The notes under the pieces are model-generated. The model ran no database searches. It saw only the letters and a list, made by a program, of their open reading frames with translations, and was not told where the DNA came from. From contig CAVVAX010000008.1 in assembly GCA_963746275.1 (NCBI GenBank), forward strand, positions 58,532 to 122,531: a DNA stretch of 64,000 nucleotides. Direction: 5' to 3'. The position numbers and the translations under genes were made by a program. Positions 1 through 19,061 of the stretch are shown here, in pieces. The stretch comes from an uncultured Alphaproteobacteria bacterium. GTDB taxonomy: Bacteria > Pseudomonadota > Alphaproteobacteria > Rhodospirillales > Defluviicoccaceae. Positions within the stretch are counted from its first letter, which is position 1, and the number at the start of each line of letters is the position of its first letter.

Positions 1-10
1 TGCCAGCGGT

Positions 11-86
11 GGGCGGTTAGCTCAGCCGGTAGAGCGCCACGTTTACACCGTGGATGTCGGCGGTTCGATCCCGTCACCGCCCACCA
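11..86 (+). tRNA. tRNA-Val (anticodon TAC), 3' CCA encoded
   Basis: Cloverleaf folded by hand: acceptor GGGCGGT/ACCGCCC, D stem GCTC/GAGC, anticodon stem CCACG/CGTGG with loop TTTACAC, T stem GGCGG/CCGTC with TTCGATC loop, discriminator A then CCA. Confidence 0.9.
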
Positions 87-219
87 GCCCTCCCCCCGCG
101 CCCCCACGCCGGGCCTCCCCGTCGCGCCACAAACCCTTTGTTAATGCGCTAATCTGCGCTGACATTACGGTCAGCGCCTCGCGACCCCTTCCTCCTTCCT
201 GCCGCGGGGATCATCATAA

Positions 220-4214
<3,995 letters not shown>

Positions 4215-4226
4215 GGAGGCGAGACG

Positions 4227-7206
<2,980 letters not shown>

Positions 7207-7251
7207 GGCATGGCGGCCGGTCAGAATGTATCTGGTTCAGACCGCTAGATG

Positions 7252-7373
7252 CCCTCACCCAAACTATCCCCACACGCGCGTTCCGCGCTGCGGGAGAGGG
7301 AGCCGCGAGCTGCCCTCGCCCGCGGCGAAGCCGTGGGAGAGGGAGGGGACCCGCGAAGCGGGGAGGGTGAGGG
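7252..7373. repeat. nested-palindrome intergenic repeat, family 2, long copy
   Basis: The outer arms are CCCTCACCC (7252-7260) and GGGTGAGGG (7365-7373). Two inner GGGAGAGGG blocks are present. The 3' 44 nt (gtgggagagggaggggacccgcgaagcggggagggtgagggcgg) nearly match 38982-39024. Confidence 0.7.
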
Positions 7374-7486
7374 CGGTCGCGTGCTGCCCGGGGGAGACGC
7401 CCAACGGCGAGGTGATCGCGGGCGCGAAAATCGTTGGTAGCGAGGGGTTTATGCCGGGTGGTCGCCGCGGTGCGGCGCCTCGCGGC

Positions 7487-7515
7487 TTGACACCCGCGGG
7501 GCCGGGGGTTACATC
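7487..7515 (+). promoter_or_regulatory. candidate sigma70-type promoter for tRNA-Asp
   Basis: TTGACA (7487-7492), 17-nt spacer, TACATC (7510-7515), about 30 nt upstream of the mature tRNA 5' end. Pattern match only. Confidence 0.35.
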
Positions 7516-7547
7516 CAGCGCGCCCTTGCGGGTGGCCTATCCGCTTC

Positions 7548-7624
7548 GGGGGTGTAGCTCAGTCGGTTAGAGCGCTGGCCTGTCACGCCAGAGGCCGCGG
7601 GTTCGAGTCCCGTCACTCCCGCCA
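7548..7624 (+). tRNA. tRNA-Asp (anticodon GTC), 3' CCA encoded
   Basis: Acceptor GGGGGTG/CACTCCC, D arm GCTC-AGTCGGTTA-GAGC, anticodon stem CTGGC/GCCAG with loop CTGTCAC, T arm GCGGG-TTCGAGT-CCCGT, discriminator G then CCA. Confidence 0.9.
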
Positions 7625-7715
7625 TCCGCCGCGGGTCCGGTACGCCCGCACTCGTTCGCGGCATGCCGCGGGCGCGGGGCTCGTCGGGTGCTCCAGTCCG
7701 CCGGCCCTACCGTCG

Positions 7716-8108
7716 ATGGCGGCCGGAACCAGAGGTGTCGCCGTGGAAGCGTTCCTGTCCGACTACGTCCCGATCTTCATCTTCCTGGCGATCGCGATCG
7801 GCGTGGCGGCAATGGCCGTGATCGCGTCGTACATCATCGCGCCGCAACGCCCGGACGCCGACAAGATCGCGGCCTACGAATGCGGGTTCGACGCCTTCGA
7901 GGACGCCCGGGTGCAGTTCGACGTCCGCTATTACTTGGTGGCAATCCTTTTCATCATCTTCGACCTTGAGGTCGCTTTCCTGTTCCCGTGGGCCATTTCC
8001 CTTGCGGACATCGGGATGTTCGGGTTCTGGTCCATGATGCTTTTCCTGGCAATCCTTACCGTCGGCTTCATATACGAGTGGAGGAAAGGAGCGCTGGAAT
8101 GGGAGTGA
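7716..8108 (+). CDS. nuoA: NADH-quinone oxidoreductase subunit A
   Basis: [41 protein letters not shown]. The true start may be the GTG at 7743 ([10 protein letters not shown]...). Confidence 0.9.
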   Translation: MAAGTRGVAVEAFLSDYVPIFIFLAIAIGVAAMAVIASYIIAPQRPDADKIAAYECGFDAFEDARVQFDVRYYLVAILFIIFDLEVAFLFPWAISLADIGMFGFWSMMLFLAILTVGFIYEWRKGALEWE

Positions 8109-8656
8109 TCCAACCGACCTACGAGCCCGTGCCGGGCCAGGAGGCCGACCTCATCCGCGACCACGACAAGCTGTGGGGGCGGGTGACCGGCGAGCTCGAC
8201 AACAAGGGCTTTCTGCTGACCCAATTCGACAAGCTGGTCAGCTGGGCGCGCGCCGGCTCGATGTGGCCGATGACCTTCGGGCTGGCCTGCTGCGCCGTCG
8301 AGATGATGCACGCCTACGTCAGCCGCTATGACCTCGACCGCTTCGGCGTGGTCCCGCGGCCGAGCCCGCGCCAGGCGGACGTGATCATCGTCGCCGGCAC
8401 GCTGACGAACAAGATGGCGCCGGCCTTCCGCCGGGTCTACGACCAGATGGCGGAGCCGCGTTACGTCATCTCCATGGGCTCGTGCGCCAACGGCGGCGGC
8501 TACTACCACTATTCCTACTCGGTGGTTCGCGGCTGCGATCGGGTGGTGCCGGTCGACATCTACGTGCCGGGCTGTCCGCCGACGGCGGAGGCGCTGGTCT
8601 ACGGCGTGCTGCAATTACAGAAGAAGATCAGGCGCACCGGGACCCTGGTGCGCTAG
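8099..8656 (+). CDS. nuoB: NADH-quinone oxidoreductase subunit B
   Basis: [47 protein letters not shown] (cluster N2 ligands). The ATG at 8099 overlaps the nuoA stop. Confidence 0.92.
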   Translation: MGVIQPTYEPVPGQEADLIRDHDKLWGRVTGELDNKGFLLTQFDKLVSWARAGSMWPMTFGLACCAVEMMHAYVSRYDLDRFGVVPRPSPRQADVIIVAGTLTNKMAPAFRRVYDQMAEPRYVISMGSCANGGGYYHYSYSVVRGCDRVVPVDIYVPGCPPTAEALVYGVLQLQKKIRRTGTLVR

Positions 8657-8702
8657 CCCCGGCTCGCCGGCCGGCGGCAGGTGGATAGGGAGCTGCCGAA
8701 GC

Positions 8703-9317
8703 ATGGTGGATGTGGCGCTGCGCGATCTCGGGGAGTACGTGCAAGCCGCGCTTCCCGACGCGGTCCTCGACGTCGTGGTCGAGCGCGACGAACTGTGCAT
8801 CCTTGTCGAACGCGAGCGGGTGGCGCGGGTCCTGAAGTTTCTCCGCGACGACGTCAATTGCCAGTTCAAGCAGCTGATGGACGTGTGCGGCGTCGATTAT
8901 CCGGGTCGCGAGGAGCGGTTCGACGTCGTCTACAACCTCTTGAGCCTCACCCACAACCGGCGCATCCGGGTGAAGGTGAGCGCCACCGAGGACACGCCGG
9001 TGCCCACCGTGATCGAGGTGTTCAGCTCGGCCAACTGGTGGGAGCGCGAGACCTGGGACATGTTTGGGATCGCCTTCCGCGACCATCCCGACCTGCGCCG
9101 GATCCTGTCGGACTACGGCTTCCAGGGTCACCCCCTGCGCAAGGACTTCCCACTCACCGGCTACGTCGAGGTGCGTTATGACGACGAGCAGAAACGAGTG
9201 GTCTACGAGCCGGTGAAACTGCCGCAGGACTGGCGGACGTTCGACTTCCTGAGCCCGTGGGAGGGCATCCAGGGAGAGCTCCCGGGGGATGAGAAGGCGA
9301 AAGACCAGCCGGCATGA
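8703..9317 (+). CDS. nuoC: NADH-quinone oxidoreductase subunit C
   Basis: [41 protein letters not shown]. Size and operon position fit. Confidence 0.92.
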   Translation: MVDVALRDLGEYVQAALPDAVLDVVVERDELCILVERERVARVLKFLRDDVNCQFKQLMDVCGVDYPGREERFDVVYNLLSLTHNRRIRVKVSATEDTPVPTVIEVFSSANWWERETWDMFGIAFRDHPDLRRILSDYGFQGHPLRKDFPLTGYVEVRYDDEQKRVVYEPVKLPQDWRTFDFLSPWEGIQGELPGDEKAKDQPA

Positions 9318-10492
9318 CCGAAACCGAGATCAAGAACTACACGCTGAACTTCGGGCCGCAGCACCCTTCGGCCCACGGCGTGCTCCGCCTCGTCCTGGAG
9401 ATGGACGGCGAGGTCGTCGACCGCGCCGACCCGCACATCGGCCTGCTTCACCGCGGCACGGAGAAGCTGATCGAATACCGGACCTATCTGCAGTCGGTCC
9501 CGTACTTCGACCGGCTGGACTACGTCTCGCCGCAGAACCAGGAGCATGCCTTCGCGCTGGCGGTGGAGCGGCTGCTGGGCATCGAGGCGCCGCCGCGCGG
9601 GCAGTACCTCAGGGCGCTCTACGCCGAGATCGGCCGTGTCCTCAACCACGTCTTCACCGTATGCGCCTACGCCATGGACGTCGGCGCGATGACGCCGATG
9701 CTGTGGGGCTTCGAGCAGCGCGAGCGGCTGATGGAGTTCTGCGAGCGCGTCTCCGGCGCGCGCATGCACATGAACTACTTCCGCCCTGGCGGGGTGAGCC
9801 TGGACATGCCGACGGGGCTTGCCGAAGACATCTGGGCGTGGTCGGAGACGTTCCCCGCGGTCATCGACGACCTCGAGGAGCTGCTGACCGAGAACCGCAT
9901 CTTCAAGCAGCGCAGCGTCGATATTGGCGCGATCACCGCCGAGCAGGCGCTGGACTGGGGTTTCTCCGGGCCGAACCTGCGCGCCTGCGGCGTGGCGTGG
10001 GACCTGCGCAAGGCCCAGCCCTACGACTGCTACGCCGACCTCGACTTCGACGTTCCCATAGGCAAGCACGGCGACTGCTACGACCGCTATCTCGTGCGGA
10101 TGTACGAGCTGCGCGAAAGCCTGAAGATCATCCGCCAGTGCCTGCAGAAGATGCCGGCCGGGCCGGTGAAGGTCGATGACCGCAAGGTTTCGCCGCCGCC
10201 GCGCAGCGAGATGAAGCATTCGATGGAAGCGCTCATCCATCACTTCAAGCTCTACACCGAGGGCTACCACGTGCCCCCCGGCGAGACCTACACGGTGGTC
10301 GAGGCGCCCAAGGGAGAGTTCGGGGTGTACCTCGTCGCCGACGGCACCAACCGCGCCTACCGTTGCAAGATCCGCTCGCCGGGCTTCGCCCATCTGCAGG
10401 CGATGGACTTCCTCACCCGCGGGCACATGCTGGCGGACGTGGTCGCCGTGCTCGGCTCCCTCGACATCGTGTTCGGCGAGGTCGACCGATGA
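9314..10492 (+). CDS. nuoD: NADH-quinone oxidoreductase subunit D
   Basis: [35 protein letters not shown]-terminal DIVFGEVDR. The start overlaps the nuoC stop. Confidence 0.95.
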   Translation: MTETEIKNYTLNFGPQHPSAHGVLRLVLEMDGEVVDRADPHIGLLHRGTEKLIEYRTYLQSVPYFDRLDYVSPQNQEHAFALAVERLLGIEAPPRGQYLRALYAEIGRVLNHVFTVCAYAMDVGAMTPMLWGFEQRERLMEFCERVSGARMHMNYFRPGGVSLDMPTGLAEDIWAWSETFPAVIDDLEELLTENRIFKQRSVDIGAITAEQALDWGFSGPNLRACGVAWDLRKAQPYDCYADLDFDVPIGKHGDCYDRYLVRMYELRESLKIIRQCLQKMPAGPVKVDDRKVSPPPRSEMKHSMEALIHHFKLYTEGYHVPPGETYTVVEAPKGEFGVYLVADGTNRAYRCKIRSPGFAHLQAMDFLTRGHMLADVVAVLGSLDIVFGEVDR

Positions 10493-11129
10493 CCGTTCAG
10501 GACGCGATCAAGCAGGCGCCCAACGAGCCTTTCAGCTTCAGCGAGGAGAACGTCGCCGAGGCGAAGAGGATCATCGGCAAGTACCCGGAGGGCCGGCAGC
10601 AGAGCGCGGTGATGCCGCTGCTCTATCTGGCGCAGAAGCAGAACAACGGCTGGCTGTCGCAGCCGGCGCTGGAGTACATCGCCAAGTTCCTCGGCATGCC
10701 GGTGATCCGCGTGGCCGAGGTCGCGACCTTCTACACCATGTACAATCTCCAGCCGATCGGCCGGCATCACGTCCAGGTCTGCACCAACCTGTCGTGCTGG
10801 CTGCGGGGCTCCGACGAGATCATGGACGCCTGCCGCGAGGCGCTCGGCGTCGAGATCGGCGGCACGACCGAGGACGGCGGCTTCACCCTGTCCGAGGTCG
10901 AGTGCCTGTGCGCCTGCGTGAACGCGCCGATCGTGCAGATCGACGACGACTTCTACGAGGACCTGACCCCGGACAGCATCCAGACGATCCTGGCCGAGCT
11001 GCGCGCCGGGCGGACGCCCAAGAGCGGGTCGCAGATCGGCCGGACTAGCTCCGAGCCCGTCGGCGGGCTCACGACATTGACGACGACCGGCACCGGCCAG
11101 AGCGGCGGGCCCGGCACGGGAGAGGCCTG

Positions 11130-11130
<1 letters not shown>
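10489..11130 (+). CDS. nuoE: NADH-quinone oxidoreductase subunit E
   Basis: [41 protein letters not shown] (2Fe-2S ligands). The ATG at 10489 overlaps the nuoD stop (ATGA). Thr/Gly-rich C-terminal tail. Confidence 0.9.
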
Positions 11131-12433
<1,303 letters not shown>

Positions 12434-12442
12434 GGAACCGCC

Positions 12443-14516
12443 ATGCCGAAGCTCACGATTGACGGAACGGTCGTCGAGGTCGAGGCCGGCCTGACGCTGC
12501 TGCAGGCCTGCGAGACCATCGGCGTCGAGATCCCCCGCTTCTGCTACCACGAGCGGCTGTCCATCGCCGGCAACTGCCGGATGTGCCTGGTTGCCATGGA
12601 AGGCTCGCCGAAGCCTATCGCCTCATGCGCGATGCCGGCCGCGGAAGGGATGGTGATCCACACGAACACCCCCGAGGTGCACAAGATGCGCAAGGGGGTG
12701 ATGGAGTTCCTGCTGATCAACCATCCGCTCGACTGCCCGATCTGCGATCAGGGTGGCGAGTGCGACCTGCAGGACCAGGCCATGTTTTATGGCTTCGACC
12801 GCGGCCGCTTCCACGAGAACAAGCGGGCCGTGCGCGACAAGTACATGGGGCCACTGATCAAGACCATCATGACCCGGTGCATCCACTGCACCCGGTGCAT
12901 CCGGTTTGCCACCGAGATCGCCGGCGTCCCTGAACTCGGCGCGACTGGGCGGGGCGAGAACATGGAGGTGGGCACCTACGTCGAGAAGGCGCTGACCTCG
13001 GAGCTGTCGGGCAACATGATCGACATCTGCCCGGTCGGCGCGCTGACGTCCAAGCCTTACGCGTTCGTCGCAAGACCCTGGGAGCTGAGCAAGACCGAGT
13101 CGGTCGACGTCATGGACGCGGTCGGCAGCAACATCCGCGTCGACGCCCGCGCCAGCGAGGTGCTGCGGGTCCTGCCGCGGCTGAACGACGAGATCAACGA
13201 GGAATGGATCTCGGACAAGACCCGGTTCGCCTGCGATGGGCTGCGCCGGCAGCGGCTCGACCGGCCCTACGTCCGGATCGACGGCAAGCTGCAAGAGGTG
13301 CGCTGGCAGGACGCCTTTGCCGCCATCGCCAAGCGGGTGAAGGGGCTACCGGGGGTGAAGATCGCCGCCATCGCCGGCGACCTTGCCGACTGCGAAGCGA
13401 TGGTGGCGCTGAAGGACCTGATGGCCGGCCTCGGCTCGCCGCATCTCGACTGCCGGCAGGATGGCGCCGCGCTCGCCTGCGAGCCGCGCTCGGCCTACCT
13501 GTTCAACACGACGATCGCCGGCATCGAAATCGCCTCGGCGTGCCTGCTCATCGGCACCAACCCGAGGCGCGAGGCGCCGATCATCAATGCCCGGCTGCGC
13601 AAGCGCTACCGCTCCGGCAACTTCCCCGTTGCGGTGGTCGGACCGGCGGAAGACTTGACCTACGCCTACGAGCACCTCGGCAACGACCCGCGGCTCTTGC
13701 AGCGGATTGGCTCCGACGACCATCCGTTCGCGAAGGTCCTGCGCCAGGGCGAGCGGCCGATGCTCGTGCTGGGGCAAGGGGCGCTGGCCCGGCCCGACGG
13801 CGCCGCGGTGCTGGCGGCGGCGCGGCGCATCGCCGATGTCTGCGGCGTCGTCCGCGCCGACAGCGGCTGGAACGGCTTCAACGTGCTGCACACCGCGGCG
13901 GCGCGGGTCGGCGGCCTGGATCTGGGCTTCGTTCCCGGCCGGGGCGGCCGTGACCTCGCCGGCATCCTCGCCGGCGCCGAAACCGGCGAGATCGAGGTGG
14001 TCTATCTCCTCGGCGCCGACGAGCTGCCGATGGCGCGGCTGGGCAAGGCGTTCGTCATCTACCAGGGCCACCACGGCGACGCCGGGGCGCATCGCGCCGA
14101 CGTGATCCTGCCGGCCGCCGCCTACACCGAGAAGAACGCCACCTACGTCAACACGGAAGGGCGGGTGCAGAGGGCGATGCGCGCCTGCTATCCGCCGGGC
14201 GAGGCGCGCGAGGATTGGAAGATCCTGCGGGCGCTGTCGGACGCCGTGGGCTGCTCGTTGCCGTTCGAGACGCTGGCGGACGTCCGCGCCCGGCTGCGCG
14301 AGGTCAACGACGTCTTCGCCGAGCCGGACAGCGGTGCGGGCGGCGCCGTGGGGCGTCTTCGGACAGGCGGGGACGCTCTCGGGCGAGCCGTTCGTGAGCC
14401 CGGTTGCGAACTTCTACATGACCAACGCGATCAGCCGCGCCTCGGTGACCATGGCCGAGTGCACCAAGCTGTTCACCGGCGGAACAGACGAGAAGAAGAC
14501 CGGCACCCATGGATGA
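12443..14516 (+). pseudogene. nuoG: NADH-quinone oxidoreductase subunit G; one frame break (~14332)
   Basis: [58 protein letters not shown]. The C-terminus ([13 protein letters not shown]...[18 protein letters not shown]) continues in ORF 14334-14516. Confidence 0.9.
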
Positions 14517-15540
14517 GCTCTGGGCAACGCTGATCTGGCCGGTCCTCTGGACCGGGATCAAGATCGTCATCATCGTCGGGCCGCTGATGCTGGCGATCGC
14601 CTACCTGACCTTCGCCGAGCGCAAGGTCATCGCCGCCATGCACCTGCGCAAGGGACCGAACGTGGTCGGGCCGTTCGGCCTGCTGCAGCCGATGGCGGAC
14701 GGCGTCAAGCTCCTGCTCAAGGAAACCATCGTCCCCAGCCGGGCGAACAAGACCGTCTTCCTCATTGCGCCGATGATTACCTTCATCCTGGCGCTGGTGG
14801 CCTGGGCGGTGATCCCCTTCGGCGAGGGGCTGGTGCTGGCCGACATCAACGTCGGGATTCTCTATCTCTTCGCCATCTCCTCGCTCGGTGTCTACGGCAT
14901 CATCATGGCCGGCTGGGCGAGCAACTCGAAGTACGCCTTCCTCGGCGCGCTGCGCTCGGCGGCACAAATGGTGTCCTACGAGGTCTCCATGGGCTTCGTG
15001 ATCATCACCGTCTTGATCTGCGTCGGCTCGCTGAACTTAAGCGACATCGTCCGCGCCCAGCAGGGGCCGCTGGGCCTGTTTAACTGGTACGTCTTCCCGC
15101 TCTTGCCGATGGCGGTGATCTTCTTCGTCTCGACGCTGGCCGAGACCAACCGCCATCCGTTCGATCTGCCGGAGGCCGAGGCCGAGCTGGTCTCCGGCTA
15201 CAACGTCGAATATTCGTCGATGACGTTCGCGCTGTTCTTCCTCGGCGAGTACGGCAACATGATCTTGATGTCGGCGATGACGTCGATCCTGTTCCTCGGC
15301 GGCTGGCTGCCGCCGTTCGACATCGCGCCGCTCAACTGGATCCCGGGGCCGATCTGGTTCGCGCTGAAGATCTCCGCGTGCCTGTTCGTCTTCCTCTGGG
15401 TGCGCGCGACGCTCCCACGCTACCGTTACGACCAGCTGATGCGGCTGGGCTGGAAGGTGTTCCTGCCGATCTCGCTGGCGGCGGTGGTGGTGGTCTCCGG
15501 CTTCCTGGTCGCCTTCGACATGCTTCCGGGCGCCAAATGA
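14509..15540 (+). CDS. nuoH: NADH-quinone oxidoreductase subunit H
   Basis: [16 protein letters not shown]. Polytopic membrane protein of typical NuoH length. The start overlaps the nuoG stop. Confidence 0.93.
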   Translation: MDELWATLIWPVLWTGIKIVIIVGPLMLAIAYLTFAERKVIAAMHLRKGPNVVGPFGLLQPMADGVKLLLKETIVPSRANKTVFLIAPMITFILALVAWAVIPFGEGLVLADINVGILYLFAISSLGVYGIIMAGWASNSKYAFLGALRSAAQMVSYEVSMGFVIITVLICVGSLNLSDIVRAQQGPLGLFNWYVFPLLPMAVIFFVSTLAETNRHPFDLPEAEAELVSGYNVEYSSMTFALFFLGEYGNMILMSAMTSILFLGGWLPPFDIAPLNWIPGPIWFALKISACLFVFLWVRATLPRYRYDQLMRLGWKVFLPISLAAVVVVSGFLVAFDMLPGAK

Positions 15541-15580
15541 GCTGCCCTGATGCGCTGGGACGAGATGAGGATAGGCTGAC

Positions 15581-16069
15581 ATGAGCTTCATGGACCGCGC
15601 CGCGCGGACGATCTTTCTGAGCGAGCTGATCTCCGGGCTGAGCCTGACCTTCCGCTACATGTTCCGGCCGACGGTGACCCTGAACTACCCCTACGAGAAG
15701 GGCCCGATCTCGCCGCGGTTCCGCGGCGAGCACGCGCTGCGCCGCTACCCCAACGGCGAGGAGCGGTGCATCGCCTGCAAGCTGTGCGAGGCGATCTGCC
15801 CGGCGCAGGCGATCACCATCGAGGCCGAGCCTCGCGCCGACGGCAGCCGGCGGACGACCCGCTACGACATCGACATGGTCAAGTGCATCTACTGCGGCTT
15901 CTGCCAGGAGGCCTGCCCGGTGGACGCCATCGTCGAGGGGCCGAACTTCGAGTTCTCCACCGAGACGCGCGAGGAGCTGCTCTACGACAAGGAGAAGCTG
16001 CTCGCCAATGGCGACCGTTGGGAGGCCGAGCTCGCTGCCAATTTGGCTGCCGACGCACCCTATCGTTGA
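15581..16069 (+). CDS. nuoI: NADH-quinone oxidoreductase subunit I
   Basis: Two 4Fe-4S motifs: [12 protein letters not shown] and [12 protein letters not shown]. Confidence 0.95.
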   Translation: MSFMDRAARTIFLSELISGLSLTFRYMFRPTVTLNYPYEKGPISPRFRGEHALRRYPNGEERCIACKLCEAICPAQAITIEAEPRADGSRRTTRYDIDMVKCIYCGFCQEACPVDAIVEGPNFEFSTETREELLYDKEKLLANGDRWEAELAANLAADAPYR

Positions 16070-16160
16070 CTGACGGCCGGGTATCGGACAGAAAGGCGCC
16101 AATGGCGGCACCGCGGGAACGTCCTTTGCCTACGCCGCTGAGAACACTTTCGGAACCGCA

Positions 16161-16775
16161 ATGGTCTTCCAGGCGCTCGCCTTCTACCTATTTGCGCTCG
16201 TGGCCGTCGGCGCCGCCGTCATGGTCATCTCGTCGCGCAATCCGGTTCACGCCGTCCTCTTTCTGATCCTCGCCTTCTTCAACGCCGCCGCGCTGTTCAT
16301 CCTGATGGGGGCCGAGTTCCTCGGGATGATCCTGGTCGTGGTCTACGTCGGCGCGGTCGCGGTGATGTTCCTGTTCGTCGTGATGATGCTGGACATCAAT
16401 TTCGCCGAGCTGCGCCAGGGCTTCCTCAAGTACCTCCCGATCGGCGCCGTGGTCGGCCTCGTCCTCCTCGTCGAGCTCCTGATCGTTCTGGGCGGCTGGA
16501 CCTTGGCGCCGGAAGCGGCGGCCAGCGTTCGTTCGCCGACACCCGGCCTCGACCAGGCGACCAACACCCGGGCGCTGGGGCAATTGATCTATACCCACTA
16601 CCTGTTCGCCTTTCAGGCCGCCGGCGTCATCCTGCTGATCTCCATGATCGGCGCCATCGTGTTGACCCTGCGCAAGCGCGGGGGCGTGCGCCGCCAGGAC
16701 ATCTCGGCGCAGGTGGCAAGACGCCCGGCCGATACCATCGAGGTGCGCAAGGTTCCCCCCGGGCGAGGCATCTGA
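16161..16775 (+). CDS. nuoJ: NADH-quinone oxidoreductase subunit J
   Basis: Hydrophobic 204-aa protein in the expected operon position. N-terminus [37 protein letters not shown] is typical of NuoJ. Confidence 0.88.
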   Translation: MVFQALAFYLFALVAVGAAVMVISSRNPVHAVLFLILAFFNAAALFILMGAEFLGMILVVVYVGAVAVMFLFVVMMLDINFAELRQGFLKYLPIGAVVGLVLLVELLIVLGGWTLAPEAAASVRSPTPGLDQATNTRALGQLIYTHYLFAFQAAGVILLISMIGAIVLTLRKRGGVRRQDISAQVARRPADTIEVRKVPPGRGI

Positions 16776-17086
16776 TGCTCACCATCGGTCTGCCGCATTA
16801 CCTGTCGCTCGCCGCGATCCTGTTCGCCATCGGGATTTTCGGCATCTTTCTCAACCGCAAGAACATCATCGTCATCCTGATGTCGCTCGAGGTGATGCTC
16901 CTCGCCGTCAACATCAACCTGGTCGCTTTCTCCGTGCAGCTGGGCGATCTGGTCGGCCAGGTCTTCGCCATGTTCATCCTCACGGTCGCGGCGGCCGAAG
17001 CGGCCATCGGCCTTGCCATTCTCGTCGTCTACTTCCGCATCCGTGGCTCCATCGCGGTCGAAGACGTCAACCTGATGAAAGGCTGA
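16775..17086 (+). CDS. nuoK: NADH-quinone oxidoreductase subunit K
   Basis: 103-aa three-helix protein with [21 protein letters not shown] and [15 protein letters not shown]. The ATG shares one base with the nuoJ stop. Confidence 0.9.
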   Translation: MLTIGLPHYLSLAAILFAIGIFGIFLNRKNIIVILMSLEVMLLAVNINLVAFSVQLGDLVGQVFAMFILTVAAAEAAIGLAILVVYFRIRGSIAVEDVNLMKG

Positions 17087-17096
17087 GGCGCCGCCC

Positions 17097-19052
17097 ATGT
17101 CCGTCGCCGTCGTCCTTCTGCCTCTGCTTGGAGCCGCGATCGCGGGCGTCCTCGCCCTCATCGAGCCGCGCGACAAGGCCGCCAAGCACCGCATCGACAC
17201 GACCGCCCAGTGGGTCACCTGCGGCGCGCTGCTCCTGGCAATGGTCCTTGCCATCCTCGTCTTCATCGACGTCGCGATCCGCGGCAACACCGGCACGATC
17301 GTGCTGTTCACCTGGATCACGTCTGGCGATCTCGACATCCACTGGGGGCTGAAGCTCGACACCCTGACCGCGGTGATGATGCTGGTGGTCACCGTGGTCT
17401 CGGCGATGGTGCACGTCTACTCGGTCGGCTACATGCACCACGACCCGGGCATTCCGAGGTTCATGTCCTACCTGAACCTCTTCACCTTCTTCATGCTCGT
17501 GCTGGTCACCGCCGACAACCTGGTGCAGATGTTCCTCGGCTGGGAGGGCGTCGGCCTTGCCTCCTACCTGCTGATCGGCTTCTGGTACGATCGGCCGAGC
17601 GCGAATGCGGCGGCGATCAAGGCGTTCCTGGTCAACCGCGTCGGCGACTTCGGCTTCATCCTCGGCATCTTCGGCGTGTTCGTGCTGTTCGAGACGGTGC
17701 AGCTCGACCCGATCCTGGCCGGCGCCGCCACCCACGCCGACACGGTGATCAGCATCTTCGGCGGCGAGTTCCATGCGCTGACGCTGTTCTGCATCCTGCT
17801 GTTCATCGGCGCGATGGGCAAATCGGCGCAGCTCGGCCTGCACACCTGGCTACCGGACGCAATGGAGGGCCCGACCCCGGTCTCCGCCCTGATCCACGCC
17901 GCCACCATGGTCACCGCCGGGGTGTTCATGGTCGCCCGGCTGTCGCCGCTGTTCGAGCAGTCTGACACAGCACTCGCGGTGGTCACGATCATCGGCGCCT
18001 CGACGGCAATTTTCGCCGCCACCGTCGCCTGCGTGCAGAACGACATCAAGCGGGTCATCGCCTATTCGACCTGCTCGCAGCTCGGCTACATGTTCTTCGC
18101 CTGCGGCGTTTCGGCCTACTCGGCCGGCATCTTCCACCTGATGACCCACGCGTTCTTCAAGGCGCTGCTGTTCCTCGGCGCCGGCTCGGTGATCCATGCC
18201 ATGTCAGACGAGCAAGACATGCGCCGGATGGGCGGGCTGTGGCGGATGATCCCGATCACCTACGCGCTGATGTGGGCAGGCTCGCTGGCTTTGGCCGGAA
18301 TTTGGCCGTTCGCCGGCTTCTACTCCAAGGACATTATCCTCGAGGCCGCCTATGCGGCGGAGACCGGCGTCGGCCAGTACGCCTTCTGGCTCGGCATCAC
18401 CGCCGCGTTCCTGACCGCCTTCTATTCCTGGCGGCTGCTGCTGATGACCTTCCACGGCAAGCCGCGGGGGGACGAGACGGTGGTGGCGCGGGTGCACGAA
18501 TCGCCGATGGTGATGCTGGCGCCGCTGTTCATCCTGGCGCTCGGCGCCGCGATCGCCGGCTTCGTCGGCTACGAGGCCTTCGTCGGCCACGATTCTAGCC
18601 ACTTCTGGAACGGCGCCATCACCATCCTGCCGGAGCACCCGGCGCTGGAGCGCGCCCACGACGTCTCGATCTGGGTGAAGCTCTCGCCGCTCGGCGTCGG
18701 CGTCGCCGGCATTGCCATGGCCTACCTGTTCTACATGTTTCGGCCTGACCTACCCGGGCGGCTGGCGTCCGCCTTACCGGGCGTCTACCGATTTCTGCTC
18801 AACAAGTGGTACTTCGACGAGCTCTACGACGCGCTGTTCGTCCGCCCGTCGTTCGTCATCGGCCGCGGCTTGTGGAAGGGCGGCGACGGCGCCGTGATCG
18901 ATGGGGTTGGCCCGGACGGCGTTGCCGCCGCCACGATCGGCGTCGCCCAGATCGCTCGCCGGGTTCAGAGCGGGTACATTTACCACTACGCCTTCGCCAT
19001 GCTGATCGGCGTGCTTGTGCTGATCTCCTGGTACTTCCTTCGCTCTGTCTGA
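17097..19052 (+). CDS. nuoL: NADH-quinone oxidoreductase subunit L
   Basis: 651-aa antiporter-like subunit with FLGWEGVGLASYLLIGFW and HTWLPDAMEGPTPVSALIHAATMVTAGV. Confidence 0.93.
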   Translation: MSVAVVLLPLLGAAIAGVLALIEPRDKAAKHRIDTTAQWVTCGALLLAMVLAILVFIDVAIRGNTGTIVLFTWITSGDLDIHWGLKLDTLTAVMMLVVTVVSAMVHVYSVGYMHHDPGIPRFMSYLNLFTFFMLVLVTADNLVQMFLGWEGVGLASYLLIGFWYDRPSANAAAIKAFLVNRVGDFGFILGIFGVFVLFETVQLDPILAGAATHADTVISIFGGEFHALTLFCILLFIGAMGKSAQLGLHTWLPDAMEGPTPVSALIHAATMVTAGVFMVARLSPLFEQSDTALAVVTIIGASTAIFAATVACVQNDIKRVIAYSTCSQLGYMFFACGVSAYSAGIFHLMTHAFFKALLFLGAGSVIHAMSDEQDMRRMGGLWRMIPITYALMWAGSLALAGIWPFAGFYSKDIILEAAYAAETGVGQYAFWLGITAAFLTAFYSWRLLLMTFHGKPRGDETVVARVHESPMVMLAPLFILALGAAIAGFVGYEAFVGHDSSHFWNGAITILPEHPALERAHDVSIWVKLSPLGVGVAGIAMAYLFYMFRPDLPGRLASALPGVYRFLLNKWYFDELYDALFVRPSFVIGRGLWKGGDGAVIDGVGPDGVAAATIGVAQIARRVQSGYIYHYAFAMLIGVLVLISWYFLRSV

Positions 19053-19061
19053 CGGGCCGCG

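Noticed and set aside
87-219. tRNA-Val and tRNA-Asp (7548-7624) as integration sites of genomic islands.
   Set aside because: There is no integrase, no direct repeat of a tRNA 3' end, and no foreign-looking genes next to either tRNA. The flanking genes are normal-GC housekeeping or metabolic genes.
7207-7370. C-terminal extension of the 4227-7370 ORF beyond TreY.
   Set aside because: After about 6357 this frame is off-frame Arg/Pro/Gly-rich sequence. The real TreY C-terminus is in ORF 6139-7206. The extension reads through the family 2 repeat.
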